From contig NZ_JAQFIQ010000003.1 in NCBI RefSeq assembly GCF_029504745.1, forward strand, positions 1-32,000: a stretch of 32,000 bases of DNA, given 5' to 3'. The notes below the pieces were generated by a model. The model was not told the origin of the DNA and ran no database searches. It saw only the letters and a program-made list of their open reading frames with translations. The stretch comes from Breznakia sp. PF5-3 (GTDB lineage: Bacteria; Bacillota_I; Bacilli_A; Erysipelotrichales; Erysipelotrichaceae). A program made the position numbers and the translations under genes. Below are positions 9,331 through 17,546 of the stretch, piece after piece (positions within the stretch are counted from its first letter, which is position 1; each line of letters starts with the position of its first letter).

Positions 9331-10179
9331 TTATTTTCTTTCACTATAATATTTTATAAGTGCTTGCGTTCCATCGTTACCATAGCCTTCATTTTCAAGT
9401 GTTACATACATTTCATATACAGTATTTAACATTTCTAAATGTATTCCAACCTTTTCTAATTCTGCTTTTGCTATCCGCATATCTTTAGTGAAATGTTTAA
9501 TAAAAAAACCAGGATCAAAATCTTTCTTTAAAACCCGTGGAGCCATATTTGTCAATTGCCAGCTTTGTGCAGCACCACTACCAATTGCTTTTAATACAGT
9601 ATCTGCATCTAATTGATATTCTTTCATGTAGACAAGTGCTTCACTCATTGCAGCAGTGGCACCAGCTACAGCAATTTGATTGCACATTTTACAGTGTTGT
9701 CCTGCTCCATGTGATCCAATCCAGTTGATATTAGTTCCCATTAATTGAAAAAGTGGATATGCTTTTTCGTAAGTTTCTTTATTTCCGCCAACCATAATCG
9801 ATAAAGTAGCATTTTTTGCACCAGTATCACCACCAGATACAGGGGCATCAAGTACTTCGAAATGCTTAGAATGGGCATTGATTTCAATTGCTAAATCGGG
9901 AGACGATGTTGTCATATCAATCAATATGGCATGCTTTTTTGCATGTGATAAAATTCCATCATTGAAATATACATCTTTTACATCCTCAGGGTAACCAACC
10001 ATGGTAATAACAACATCACAGTCTTTTACACATTCTTTAATTGATTGATATTTATATGGTGTTGGGATATCATCCATTTTTTCAAATGTGCGATTATAAA
10101 CATGCAACTCATGTTTATCCAATAAATGTGAAAGCATTGCTTTTCCCATGACACCAGTTCCAATCCATGCTATTTTCAT
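9331..10179 (-). CDS. NAD(P)-dependent beta-hydroxyacid dehydrogenase family oxidoreductase (3-hydroxyisobutyrate / 2-hydroxy-3-oxopropionate reductase-like)
   Basis: About 282 aa. N-terminus is MKIAWIGTGVMGKAM (Rossmann fold), followed by DAPVSGG and a 6PGDH-like C-terminal helical domain. I prefer ATG 10179, because the tracked GTG 10188 lies inside the SD AGGTGA. Confidence 0.85.
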   Translation of the reverse strand: MKIAWIGTGVMGKAMLSHLLDKHELHVYNRTFEKMDDIPTPYKYQSIKECVKDCDVVITMVGYPEDVKDVYFNDGILSHAKKHAILIDMTTSSPDLAIEINAHSKHFEVLDAPVSGGDTGAKNATLSIMVGGNKETYEKAYPLFQLMGTNINWIGSHGAGQHCKMCNQIAVAGATAAMSEALVYMKEYQLDADTVLKAIGSGAAQSWQLTNMAPRVLKKDFDPGFFIKHFTKDMRIAKAELEKVGIHLEMLNTVYEMYVTLENEGYGNDGTQALIKYYSERK

Positions 10180-10249
10180 ATATATCACCTCATTTCAATT
10201 ATATATAAAATTTTCACAGTTTCCATATACTTTTCATATAGATTTCACA
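10174..10249 (+). promoter_or_regulatory. Phased direct repeats TTTCA[ACT][AT] in the divergent oxidoreductase/htrA-like control region (candidate operator sites)
   Basis: Same-orientation heptamers at 10174 (TTTCATA), 10193 (TTTCAAT), 10212 (TTTCACA), 10232 (TTTCATA) and 10243 (TTTCACA). Spacings are 19, 19, 20 and 11 nt. No good -35 partner was found for the TAATAT at 10261-10266. Confidence 0.3.
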
Positions 10250-10284
10250 CAATCAAACGATAATATCTTCAGGAGGTAGTAATT

Positions 10285-11073
10285 ATGGATTCAAAAGTAA
10301 AAAAAATAATGAGAAGAACAATTGCATATATTGCTATATTTGTTGTGGCCATCGTAGGTGGCTTTTTGGGAAACACAATTGCTGATGTTTCGTTTGGTTC
10401 AAAGGAAGCGGATTTGGATGTAGTAAAAACAAATTCAAATTCGAAGAACACAACAGATGTAACAAAGATTGCTGAAAAAAGTAGCAAAAGCGTTGTTGAA
10501 ATAAAAACAGAAACCATGAGCAGAGATCGCTTTTTTGGGAATTATGTAAGCGAAGGAGCAGGAAGTGGCGTGATCATAAGTGAGAATGGTTATATCGTTA
10601 CAAACTACCATGTTTTATCTGGAGCTAGTTCCGTCACCGTAACCCTTCATGATGGAAAGGAATATGAGGCAGAATATATTGGTGGCGATAGTGAAAATGA
10701 TATTGCGGTTTTGAAAATCAAGGCAAATGATTTAACACCAGCTACGATTGGTAACAGTGATAATTTAGTTGTTGGTGAAGAAGTGTTGGCCATTGGTAAT
10801 CCACTTGGTGAACTTGGTGGAACCGTTACAGATGGTATTATTAGCTCAACATCTCGTGAAATTTCAGTAGATGGTGTAACCATGGAATTGTTGCAAACAA
10901 GTGCAGCTATCAATCCTGGAAACTCAGGTGGTGGACTTTTCAATATGCAAGGTGAATTAATTGGTATAGTAAACGCAAAGAGTAGTGGAAGTGATATTGA
11001 AGGGTTAGGTTTTGCAATTCCATCAAATACAGCAATTGAAATTGCAGAGAAAATTGTTGACGCTTATAAGTAA
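10285..11073 (+). CDS. Membrane-anchored trypsin-like (S1C/HtrA-type) serine protease lacking a PDZ domain
   Basis: 262 aa with an N-terminal TM anchor (IAYIAIFVVAIVGGFLG). Catalytic triad contexts are TNYHV, ENDIAVLK and GNSGGGLF. The ORF ends about 25 aa after GFAIP, so there is no room for a PDZ domain. Confidence 0.85.
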   Translation: MDSKVKKIMRRTIAYIAIFVVAIVGGFLGNTIADVSFGSKEADLDVVKTNSNSKNTTDVTKIAEKSSKSVVEIKTETMSRDRFFGNYVSEGAGSGVIISENGYIVTNYHVLSGASSVTVTLHDGKEYEAEYIGGDSENDIAVLKIKANDLTPATIGNSDNLVVGEEVLAIGNPLGELGGTVTDGIISSTSREISVDGVTMELLQTSAAINPGNSGGGLFNMQGELIGIVNAKSSGSDIEGLGFAIPSNTAIEIAEKIVDAYK

Positions 11074-11085
11074 AAATGGTATTAT
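11057..11085 (+). promoter_or_regulatory. Candidate promoter of rpsO
   Basis: TTGACG (11057-11062), a 17-nt spacer, then TGgTATTAT (hexamer 11080-11085). It overlaps the end of the protease gene and leaves a leader of about 75 nt. Confidence 0.5.
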
Positions 11086-11167
11086 CAAATAGGTTTTACT
11101 CTAGGGATTTGGATACCTCAACCGATTACTTGGACTAAAACGTCATGATATATAAGGAGGAAATACA

Positions 11168-11434
11168 ATGTTATTGAAAAAAGAAAAACAAGCAATCATG
11201 AAAGAATACGCAACAAAAGAAGGAGATACAGGTTCTCCAGAAGTACAAGTAGCTGTTCTTACTGAACAAATCAACCGTTTGACAGAGCATATGAAAGAAC
11301 ATAAGCATGATTATCATTCACAAAGAGGATTGATGCAAATGGTAGGGAAACGTCGTAATTTGTTGAAATACTTAAAAAATAAGGATTTGAACCGTTACCA
11401 AGATTTGATTCAACGTTTAGGATTGAGAAAATAA
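11168..11434 (+). CDS. rpsO: 30S ribosomal protein S15
   Basis: 88 aa with [11 protein letters not shown]...LT.H...H..D.HS.RGL...VGKRR.LL.YL. SD AAGGAGG. Confidence 0.97.
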   Translation: MLLKKEKQAIMKEYATKEGDTGSPEVQVAVLTEQINRLTEHMKEHKHDYHSQRGLMQMVGKRRNLLKYLKNKDLNRYQDLIQRLGLRK

Positions 11435-11444
11435 TATATTTTTT

Positions 11445-11470
11445 ACTGCTGATTACTCAGCAGTTTTTTA
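11445..11470 (+). terminator. Rho-independent terminator after rpsO
   Basis: Stem ACTGCTGA / TCAGCAGT (11445-11452 / 11457-11464) with a TTAC loop, followed by TTTTTTATTTTTTT. Confidence 0.8.
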
Positions 11471-11548
11471 TTTTTTTAGTATAAAAAAACACAGAAAAAG
11501 GTAAATCATTTTAAAAGCTATCTTTTTATTTTGTTCGCAGGCTTTTTG

Positions 11549-11557
11549 TGATATGAT
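11549..11557 (+). promoter_or_regulatory. Possible extended -10 promoter element for pnp
   Basis: TGaTATGAT (hexamer 11552-11557), about 28 nt upstream of ATG 11586. The -35 is poor. Confidence 0.25.
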
Positions 11558-11585
11558 TACAGAGATGAAAAAAGAGGTGAAGAAT

Positions 11586-13766
11586 ATGACGAAAGAGGTA
11601 TTTCGTTTAGATTTCCATGGTCGTGGGATCGTGGTAGAAACAGGTGAGTTAGCAAAACAGGCAGGAGGTTCTGCTCTAATTCGTTATGAAGATACAGTTG
11701 TATTATCAACTGCAGTAGCTAGTTCACAAGCAAAATTGGATTTGGACTTTTTTCCATTAACCGTTTTGTATGAAGAAAAATTGTATTCAGCAGGTAAGAT
11801 TCCAGGTGGGTTTTTACGACGCGAAGGACGTCCTTCAGAGCGTGCTACATTAACAGCGAGAATGATTGACCGTCCAATCCGCCCGTTATTTGCTGATGGA
11901 TTCAGAAATGAAGTTCAAGTAGTGAATACTGTATTATCTGTAGATACAAATTGTACGCCAGAAATGACAGCAATGTTTGGAGCTTCATTGGCACTATGTA
12001 TTTCAGATATTCCATTTAATGGACCAATTGCAGGTGTTAATGTTGGTTTTATTGATGGTGAATATATTATTAATCCAACACCAGAACAAGCTGAAAAATC
12101 ATTGATTGATTTATCTGTTGCAGGTACAAAATATGCTGTCAACATGGTTGAAGCTGGTGCCAAAGAGGTTAGTGAAGAAGAAATGTTGAATGCAATCATG
12201 TTTGGTCATGAAGCAATCAAAGAATTGGTAGCTTTTCAAGAAGAAATTATTGCAAAAGTTGGAAAAGAAAAACGCGAAATCGAATTATATACAGTAGATG
12301 AAGCAATCGATGCAGAAGTAAGAGAAAAATATGAAGCAGAGATTCGCAAGGCAGTTTCAATTGAAAAGAAATTGGAACGCTATGGAAAAATTGATGAACT
12401 TACAGATGCAGCTGTTGCAATGATTGAAGATAAAGAATATGTTAATGAAATGGATAAAAACCGTGCTGCTAAACAAGCAAAACAAATTTGTCATAGTATA
12501 GAGGCAGATGAAGTACGCCGTTTGATTATTGAAGATAAAATTCGTCCTGATGGACGTAAGATTGATGAAGTCCGTGCTTTGGATTCACAAGTGGATTTAT
12601 TACCAAGAGTTCATGGAAGTGCCGTGTTTACACGTGGTGAAACACAGGCTTTGAGTGTAACAACTCTTGGACCACTAAATGATGAGCAAATCATTGATGA
12701 CTTAACTGATATTGATCGCAAAAGATTCATGCATCATTACAATTTCCCTCCATATTCAGTTGGGGAAACAGGAAGAATGGGAGCGCCAGGACGTCGTGAA
12801 GTTGGACATGGAGCTCTTGGTGAAAGAGCCCTTTTACAAGTTCTTCCAACAGTTGAAGAATTTCCATATACAATTCGTGTGGTAGCTGAAGTGTTAGAAT
12901 CTAATGGTTCTTCATCACAAGCTTCCATCTGTGCAGGTACAATGTCTTTAATGGCGGCAGGAGTTCCAATTAAAGCACCAGTTGCAGGTATTGCAATGGG
13001 ACTTATTATGGATGAAAATGACAATTACACAGTATTGACAGATATCCAAGGTATGGAAGATCACTTTGGTGACATGGACTTTAAAGTTGCTGGTACACCA
13101 AATGGAATCACAGCTTTACAAATGGATATTAAAGTAAATGGAATTACAAAAGAAATTTTTGAAGAAGCACTTGCACAAGCAGGAACTGCTCGGGAACATA
13201 TCTTGAAAAATATGATGGTTGCTATCAGTGAGCCAAGAGCAGATGTTTCTAAATATGCACCAAAAACACACATCATGCATATTAAAGTAGATAAGATTAA
13301 AGACGTTATCGGACCAGGTGGTAAGATGATTAATCAAATTATTGAAGAAAGTGATGATGTGAAAATTGATATCGATGATGATGGACAAGTTATTATTTAT
13401 CATTATGATCGTGATGCAATCAATAAAGCTGCACAAATGATTGAAGATATTGTTCGTGAAGCTAAAGTTGGTGATGTATACGATGCAAAAGTTGTACGTA
13501 TCGAAAAGTTTGGGGCATTTGTAAATTTATTTGGTGGTGTTGATGGACTTTTACATGTATCAAAAATTAAACATGAACGCGTTGAAAAAGTAGAGGATGT
13601 TTTAAAGATTGGTGATACAGTTAAAGTTAAAGTAATGGAAATCGACGATCGTGGTAGAGTTAATGTATCAGCAAAAGCATTATTAGAAAAGCCAAAAAAA
13701 GATGCTGAAAAAAAAGACGATAAGAAACCAAGTGATAAAGAAGTAGAACCAAAGAAAGAAGCTTAA
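11586..13766 (+). CDS. pnp: Polyribonucleotide nucleotidyltransferase (PNPase)
   Basis: About 726 aa with two RNase PH domains, a KH domain ([15 protein letters not shown]) and an S1 domain ([20 protein letters not shown]). I prefer ATG 11586 (SD AGAGGTGA 5 nt upstream) over the tracked 11553. Confidence 0.95.
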   Translation: MTKEVFRLDFHGRGIVVETGELAKQAGGSALIRYEDTVVLSTAVASSQAKLDLDFFPLTVLYEEKLYSAGKIPGGFLRREGRPSERATLTARMIDRPIRPLFADGFRNEVQVVNTVLSVDTNCTPEMTAMFGASLALCISDIPFNGPIAGVNVGFIDGEYIINPTPEQAEKSLIDLSVAGTKYAVNMVEAGAKEVSEEEMLNAIMFGHEAIKELVAFQEEIIAKVGKEKREIELYTVDEAIDAEVREKYEAEIRKAVSIEKKLERYGKIDELTDAAVAMIEDKEYVNEMDKNRAAKQAKQICHSIEADEVRRLIIEDKIRPDGRKIDEVRALDSQVDLLPRVHGSAVFTRGETQALSVTTLGPLNDEQIIDDLTDIDRKRFMHHYNFPPYSVGETGRMGAPGRREVGHGALGERALLQVLPTVEEFPYTIRVVAEVLESNGSSSQASICAGTMSLMAAGVPIKAPVAGIAMGLIMDENDNYTVLTDIQGMEDHFGDMDFKVAGTPNGITALQMDIKVNGITKEIFEEALAQAGTAREHILKNMMVAISEPRADVSKYAPKTHIMHIKVDKIKDVIGPGGKMINQIIEESDDVKIDIDDDGQVIIYHYDRDAINKAAQMIEDIVREAKVGDVYDAKVVRIEKFGAFVNLFGGVDGLLHVSKIKHERVEKVEDVLKIGDTVKVKVMEIDDRGRVNVSAKALLEKPKKDAEKKDDKKPSDKEVEPKKEA

Positions 13767-13775
13767 AAAAGAAAA

Positions 13776-13803
13776 AGTTATTGATTCGTCAATAGCTTTT
13801 TTT
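13776..13803 (+). terminator. Rho-independent terminator after pnp
   Basis: Stem AGTTATTGA / TCAATAGCT (one G-U pair) with a TTCG loop, followed by TTTTTTTATTT. Confidence 0.65.
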
Positions 13804-13877
13804 ATTTCTTTTTGTATTTGTGGTTTCTGGTTTATAATACATAGGAAATATGCTAAAATAATAAACGAGGTGAAATT

Positions 13878-15263
13878 ATGAATTTCTTAGAAACAGCAAA
13901 ACAATATGAGGAGCAATTCCTCAGTGATTTAAAAGGATTAATCGCTATTCCTTCATTAGAAAACTTAGCAGATACTGCACCAGGGGCTCCCTTTGGACAT
14001 GATGTTCGCAAAGCACTTGATTATATGTTGGAACTTGGACGTAAAGAAGGCTTTGAAGTAAAAGACTATGACGGATATGCAGGTACGATCACGTATGGCG
14101 AAGGCGAAGAAAGTATTGGTGTATTAGGACATCTGGATATTGTTCCATTAGGCGAAGGTTGGAGTAAAGATCCACTCGGTTGTGAAATCCATGATGGCTA
14201 TGTTTTTGGTCGTGGAGTAGTGGATGATAAAGGACCGACAATGGCTGCTTTTTACGCAATGAAAATGTTGAAAGACAAGGATGTTAAGTTAGATAAAAAA
14301 ATTATTTTAATCGTTGGGACTAATGAAGAAACAGGCATGCGTTGTATGGATTATTATGCAGAACATGGTGAAATACCAACATGTGGATTCACTCCTGATG
14401 CAGATTTCCCTGTAATATATGGTGAAAAAGGTCACATTGGTATCGTTTTAGAGAGTAATGAAAAAACAGTGATTCGTCATATGAAAGCGGGAGAAAGACC
14501 TAATATTGTAATAGGTAAAGCACAAGCAACCTTACCAAAACTTAATGATGAACAAATAGCATTGTTTAAATACTATCTAGATGTAAATCATTTAAAGGGT
14601 CAAATTCTTCACCAAGGTGATGAAGATGTTATTGAAATTGAAGGAAAATACTTTCATGCTGCAATGGCATACAATGGAATCAATGCAGCTGTACATATTT
14701 TAAATTATGTGGGTGCAACTTTTGATGATGCATTAGCAAAACAATTAGCAATCTTGTTACAAGATTGGAAGGGAAGCGCCTTTGACATTGATATTGAAGG
14801 TGGTTACATGGGTTTTTTAACAATGAATGTTGGAATTGTTGAAATACAAAATGGTAAAACAAGTGTAACTTTGGATATTCGTTATCCAAACGATACAACA
14901 GGTGAAGAAGTTGCTAGTAAAATAAAAGCGACATTAGCAGCGCAATCACTTGCTATTGAAGTAGCAGATGTATCTGATTCAAAACCATTGTTTGTGGATC
15001 CTAATTCTAAATTAGTAAAAACATTAGAAGCGAGTTATAGAGAATTTACTGGTGATACTTTTACGCCTGTAAAAACGATTGGTGGAGGAACATATGCACG
15101 AAAATTTGATAATTTTGTAGCCTTTGGTTCAGAATTTCCAATCAAAGAAGAAACGCCATTCTTTGTAGGTGGTCCACACGAAAAAGATGAAGGTGTAAAA
15201 GTTGAGAACCTAATGAAAGCTTGTGCAATTTATGCAAAAGCATTAGAGGAGTTAGCAAAATAA
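13878..15263 (+). CDS. pepV: M20-family dipeptidase (PepV / Sapep-type)
   Basis: 461 aa with GHLDIVPLGEGW, RGVVDDKGP, GTNEETG and GFTPDADFPVIYGEKG, the typical PepV metal and active-site contexts. SD GAGGTGA. Confidence 0.85.
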   Translation: MNFLETAKQYEEQFLSDLKGLIAIPSLENLADTAPGAPFGHDVRKALDYMLELGRKEGFEVKDYDGYAGTITYGEGEESIGVLGHLDIVPLGEGWSKDPLGCEIHDGYVFGRGVVDDKGPTMAAFYAMKMLKDKDVKLDKKIILIVGTNEETGMRCMDYYAEHGEIPTCGFTPDADFPVIYGEKGHIGIVLESNEKTVIRHMKAGERPNIVIGKAQATLPKLNDEQIALFKYYLDVNHLKGQILHQGDEDVIEIEGKYFHAAMAYNGINAAVHILNYVGATFDDALAKQLAILLQDWKGSAFDIDIEGGYMGFLTMNVGIVEIQNGKTSVTLDIRYPNDTTGEEVASKIKATLAAQSLAIEVADVSDSKPLFVDPNSKLVKTLEASYREFTGDTFTPVKTIGGGTYARKFDNFVAFGSEFPIKEETPFFVGGPHEKDEGVKVENLMKACAIYAKALEELAK

Positions 15264-15268
15264 CGTTT

Positions 15269-15910
15269 ATGAGAATGCGAAAATTAAAATGGGCAAAAGA
15301 ATATATCGAGAATAGTGATTGTGTTGTCTTTGATCCTGAGGTAGTAAAAGGACAGTGGAGTGCATTTTTAAATCGTGACGCAATTCATGTGGAAATTGGT
15401 ACAGGAAAAGGTGATTATTGGATTGGAATGTCAAACCTGTATCCCAAACAAGGATGGGTAGGAATTGAAAAAAATGAAAGTGTTGCTGCTTTAGCTTTAC
15501 GAAAAGCTGGGGAAACACAAGAACATGTTCGCTTCATATATGGAGATGCAGCAAATCTTAGTTCATGGTTTGGAGAAAAGGAAATAGATGTTATTCACTT
15601 AAATTTTTCTGATCCTTGGCCAAAGCGAAGAACATCAAAACGACGTTTATCAAATGAACGATTTATAGAACTATATCATAAGGTTTTAAAAGATAATGGT
15701 GAAATTCAAATGAAAACAGATAATCGTTCCTTATTTGAATATTCTATATTACAGTTTCAAGATGCACCATTCAAATTAAAAGAGTTATATTTAGATTTTC
15801 GTAGTGAACAACACGATGAAGATGTAATTAGTGAATATGAACAGAAATTTATGGAAAATGGTCCAATTTATCGAGCAGTTTGGGAAAAACAGAAGGAGGA
15901 AAACAAATGA
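15269..15910 (+). CDS. trmB: tRNA (guanine46-N7)-methyltransferase
   Basis: About 213 aa with VEIGTGKG (SAM site) and NFSDPWPKRR.KRRL, typical of TrmB. The start is uncertain (ATG 15269 or 15275). The tracked start 15221 lies inside pepV. Confidence 0.88.
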   Translation: MRMRKLKWAKEYIENSDCVVFDPEVVKGQWSAFLNRDAIHVEIGTGKGDYWIGMSNLYPKQGWVGIEKNESVAALALRKAGETQEHVRFIYGDAANLSSWFGEKEIDVIHLNFSDPWPKRRTSKRRLSNERFIELYHKVLKDNGEIQMKTDNRSLFEYSILQFQDAPFKLKELYLDFRSEQHDEDVISEYEQKFMENGPIYRAVWEKQKEENK

Positions 15911-16236
15911 AATCGATGATGAAAGAATTATCTTCATTAGAAGAATTTGAAGAACTTTATCAAAAAGAAGGAGTCGTTATTTTTGTTTTTAGCGCTGATT
16001 GGTGTCCAGATTGTACGTATATTAAACCTTTTTTACCAAAGCTAATTGATAAATATAACAATTATGATTTTATTTATGTTGATCGTGATAAATTTATGGA
16101 TATTGCCCAAGGATTATATGTTATGGGAATTCCTTCTTTTATTGCTGTGAAAGATGGAAAGGAAGTATCTAGATTTGTTTCTAAGATGCGAAAAACAGAA
16201 GCTGAAATTGATGATTTCTTAAGAGGTGTCGCATGA
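15907..16236 (+). CDS. Thioredoxin-family protein (YtpP-like), WCPDC active site
   Basis: 109 aa from ATG 15907 (AGGAGGA 6 nt upstream, ATGA overlap with the trmB stop). Thioredoxin fold with the CxxC motif FSADWCPDC. Confidence 0.85.
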   Translation: MKSMMKELSSLEEFEELYQKEGVVIFVFSADWCPDCTYIKPFLPKLIDKYNNYDFIYVDRDKFMDIAQGLYVMGIPSFIAVKDGKEVSRFVSKMRKTEAEIDDFLRGVA

Positions 16237-16826
16237 TTGTAAGAGCTTTTTATAATGAGAAAGCGTTCAAAGATATTTTATATGTCGTTTTACATGAACG
16301 CGAGGTAGAAACTTATACTACCAAAGACAATGTAACAAAATTGTTTGATAAAGATAATAATATTATTGGCTATAATATTGTAATAAAAGATTTTAAGAGT
16401 GATTCAGATGGTTATCAACCAATGACTTATGATTTGTTGAAGCAAATTAATGGAGAATTGAATCGTGTTTTTCAAGAAGAATTGATTCATGATTTCAATA
16501 CATATATTGTTGTTGGTTTGATTAAAAGTTGTGAAGAACATCCAGACTCTGACCATTTACATGTCTGTCAAGTAGATGTGGGTAATGATATCTTGCAAAT
16601 TGTTTGTGGAGCAAGTAATGTGGCTGCAGGACAAAGCGTTGTTGTTTGTTTGGAAAATGCTGTCTTACCAGATGGAAAGTTAATCAAGAATGGAAAATTA
16701 CGTGGTGTTAAATCGCAAGGAATGTTAGCAAGTGCGTATGAGTTAGGATTGATTGATGAAAAGAAAAAGGGTATATTAGTATTAGATGAAACATATCAAA
16801 TTGGAAATCCATTTTTGAAAGGGTGA
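16233..16826 (+). CDS. ytpR: YtpR-family tRNA-binding-domain protein
   Basis: 197 aa. The C-terminal OB-fold tRNA-binding domain (HPDSDHLHVCQVDVG...IVCGASNV..G..VVV....VLP.G..I....LRGV.S.GML) resembles CsaA and the PheT N-terminus. ATGA overlap with the upstream stop. The ytpP-ytpR adjacency matches B. subtilis. Confidence 0.85.
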   Translation: MIVRAFYNEKAFKDILYVVLHEREVETYTTKDNVTKLFDKDNNIIGYNIVIKDFKSDSDGYQPMTYDLLKQINGELNRVFQEELIHDFNTYIVVGLIKSCEEHPDSDHLHVCQVDVGNDILQIVCGASNVAAGQSVVVCLENAVLPDGKLIKNGKLRGVKSQGMLASAYELGLIDEKKKGILVLDETYQIGNPFLKG

Positions 16827-16831
16827 AATAT

Positions 16832-17530
16832 ATGATAATTTTTGACAAAATCAAAAAAGCTTTATTTACAGAAGTAGAGGAAGAGGAATATGTAGAAGAA
16901 CTTCCTGTGGAAAATGAGCTAGAAAAAATTGAAAGTGATAAATCAGTAATCTATAAGAAAACTGCGAAACCAAAAGTTAAGGTAGAGCCAGAGCCTGTTT
17001 ATGATATACCAGAGGTGAAGAAGGTAGAACCAAAGGAAAAGGTTTCATTTGATATTAAAGTAGATGTTCCACAAGAGGAAAAGAAAGTAGAAAAACGGCT
17101 GCGTCCAATTGAGCGTAAAGACTATGATATTCCTCAAGTAATCTCACCGATTACAGGATTGAAAGAAGATGAATCAAAGAGTGATGTTGATTATGTTCCT
17201 ACTGTGAAACCAAAAAATCGCAAAGATTCTTTAGGTACCGTTATTTCACCTTATTATGGTGATGGAGAGTTAGAAGAATTTCATACGAAGGCACAAATGG
17301 AAATCACTTCTGAAAAACTTTCATCTTCTGAAGTAGAGTTTGTAGAGGATGATGAAATTGAAAATATTAGTTTGGATGAAATTGTCTCTAATGATACAAG
17401 CGATGATGATGAAATGATTCAGTTTTCTTTGTTTGGTGATAACGCATCATTGCGTGATTTAAGTGAAGATGAAACAAAAGAAAGTGAAGATTACGAAGAA
17501 GATCGTAAAGAGGATGATTTACCGTTTTAA
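16832..17530 (+). CDS. Hypothetical highly acidic, low-complexity protein (amphipathic N-terminus, SSB-like C-terminal DDLPF tip)
   Basis: 232 aa from ATG 16832 (SD-like AAAGGGTG upstream; the tracked GTG 16823 overlaps the ytpR stop). 67 of 232 residues are D/E by my count. No TM helix and no recognisable catalytic motif. Codon usage and tight operon packing support that it is a real gene. Confidence 0.7.
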   Translation: MIIFDKIKKALFTEVEEEEYVEELPVENELEKIESDKSVIYKKTAKPKVKVEPEPVYDIPEVKKVEPKEKVSFDIKVDVPQEEKKVEKRLRPIERKDYDIPQVISPITGLKEDESKSDVDYVPTVKPKNRKDSLGTVISPYYGDGELEEFHTKAQMEITSEKLSSSEVEFVEDDEIENISLDEIVSNDTSDDDEMIQFSLFGDNASLRDLSEDETKESEDYEEDRKEDDLPF

Positions 17531-17546
17531 TTGAAAAGAGGTTGTT

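Noticed and set aside
11553-11585. Upstream alternative starts given by the ORF track: pnp 11553, trmB 15221, thioredoxin 15880, acidic ORF GTG 16823, tyrS TTG 20952, oxidoreductase GTG 10188, helical protein 19229.
   Set aside because: In each case a downstream ATG is preceded by a proper SD at 5-10 nt. The tracked start lies inside the SD, inside a promoter element, or inside the preceding gene.
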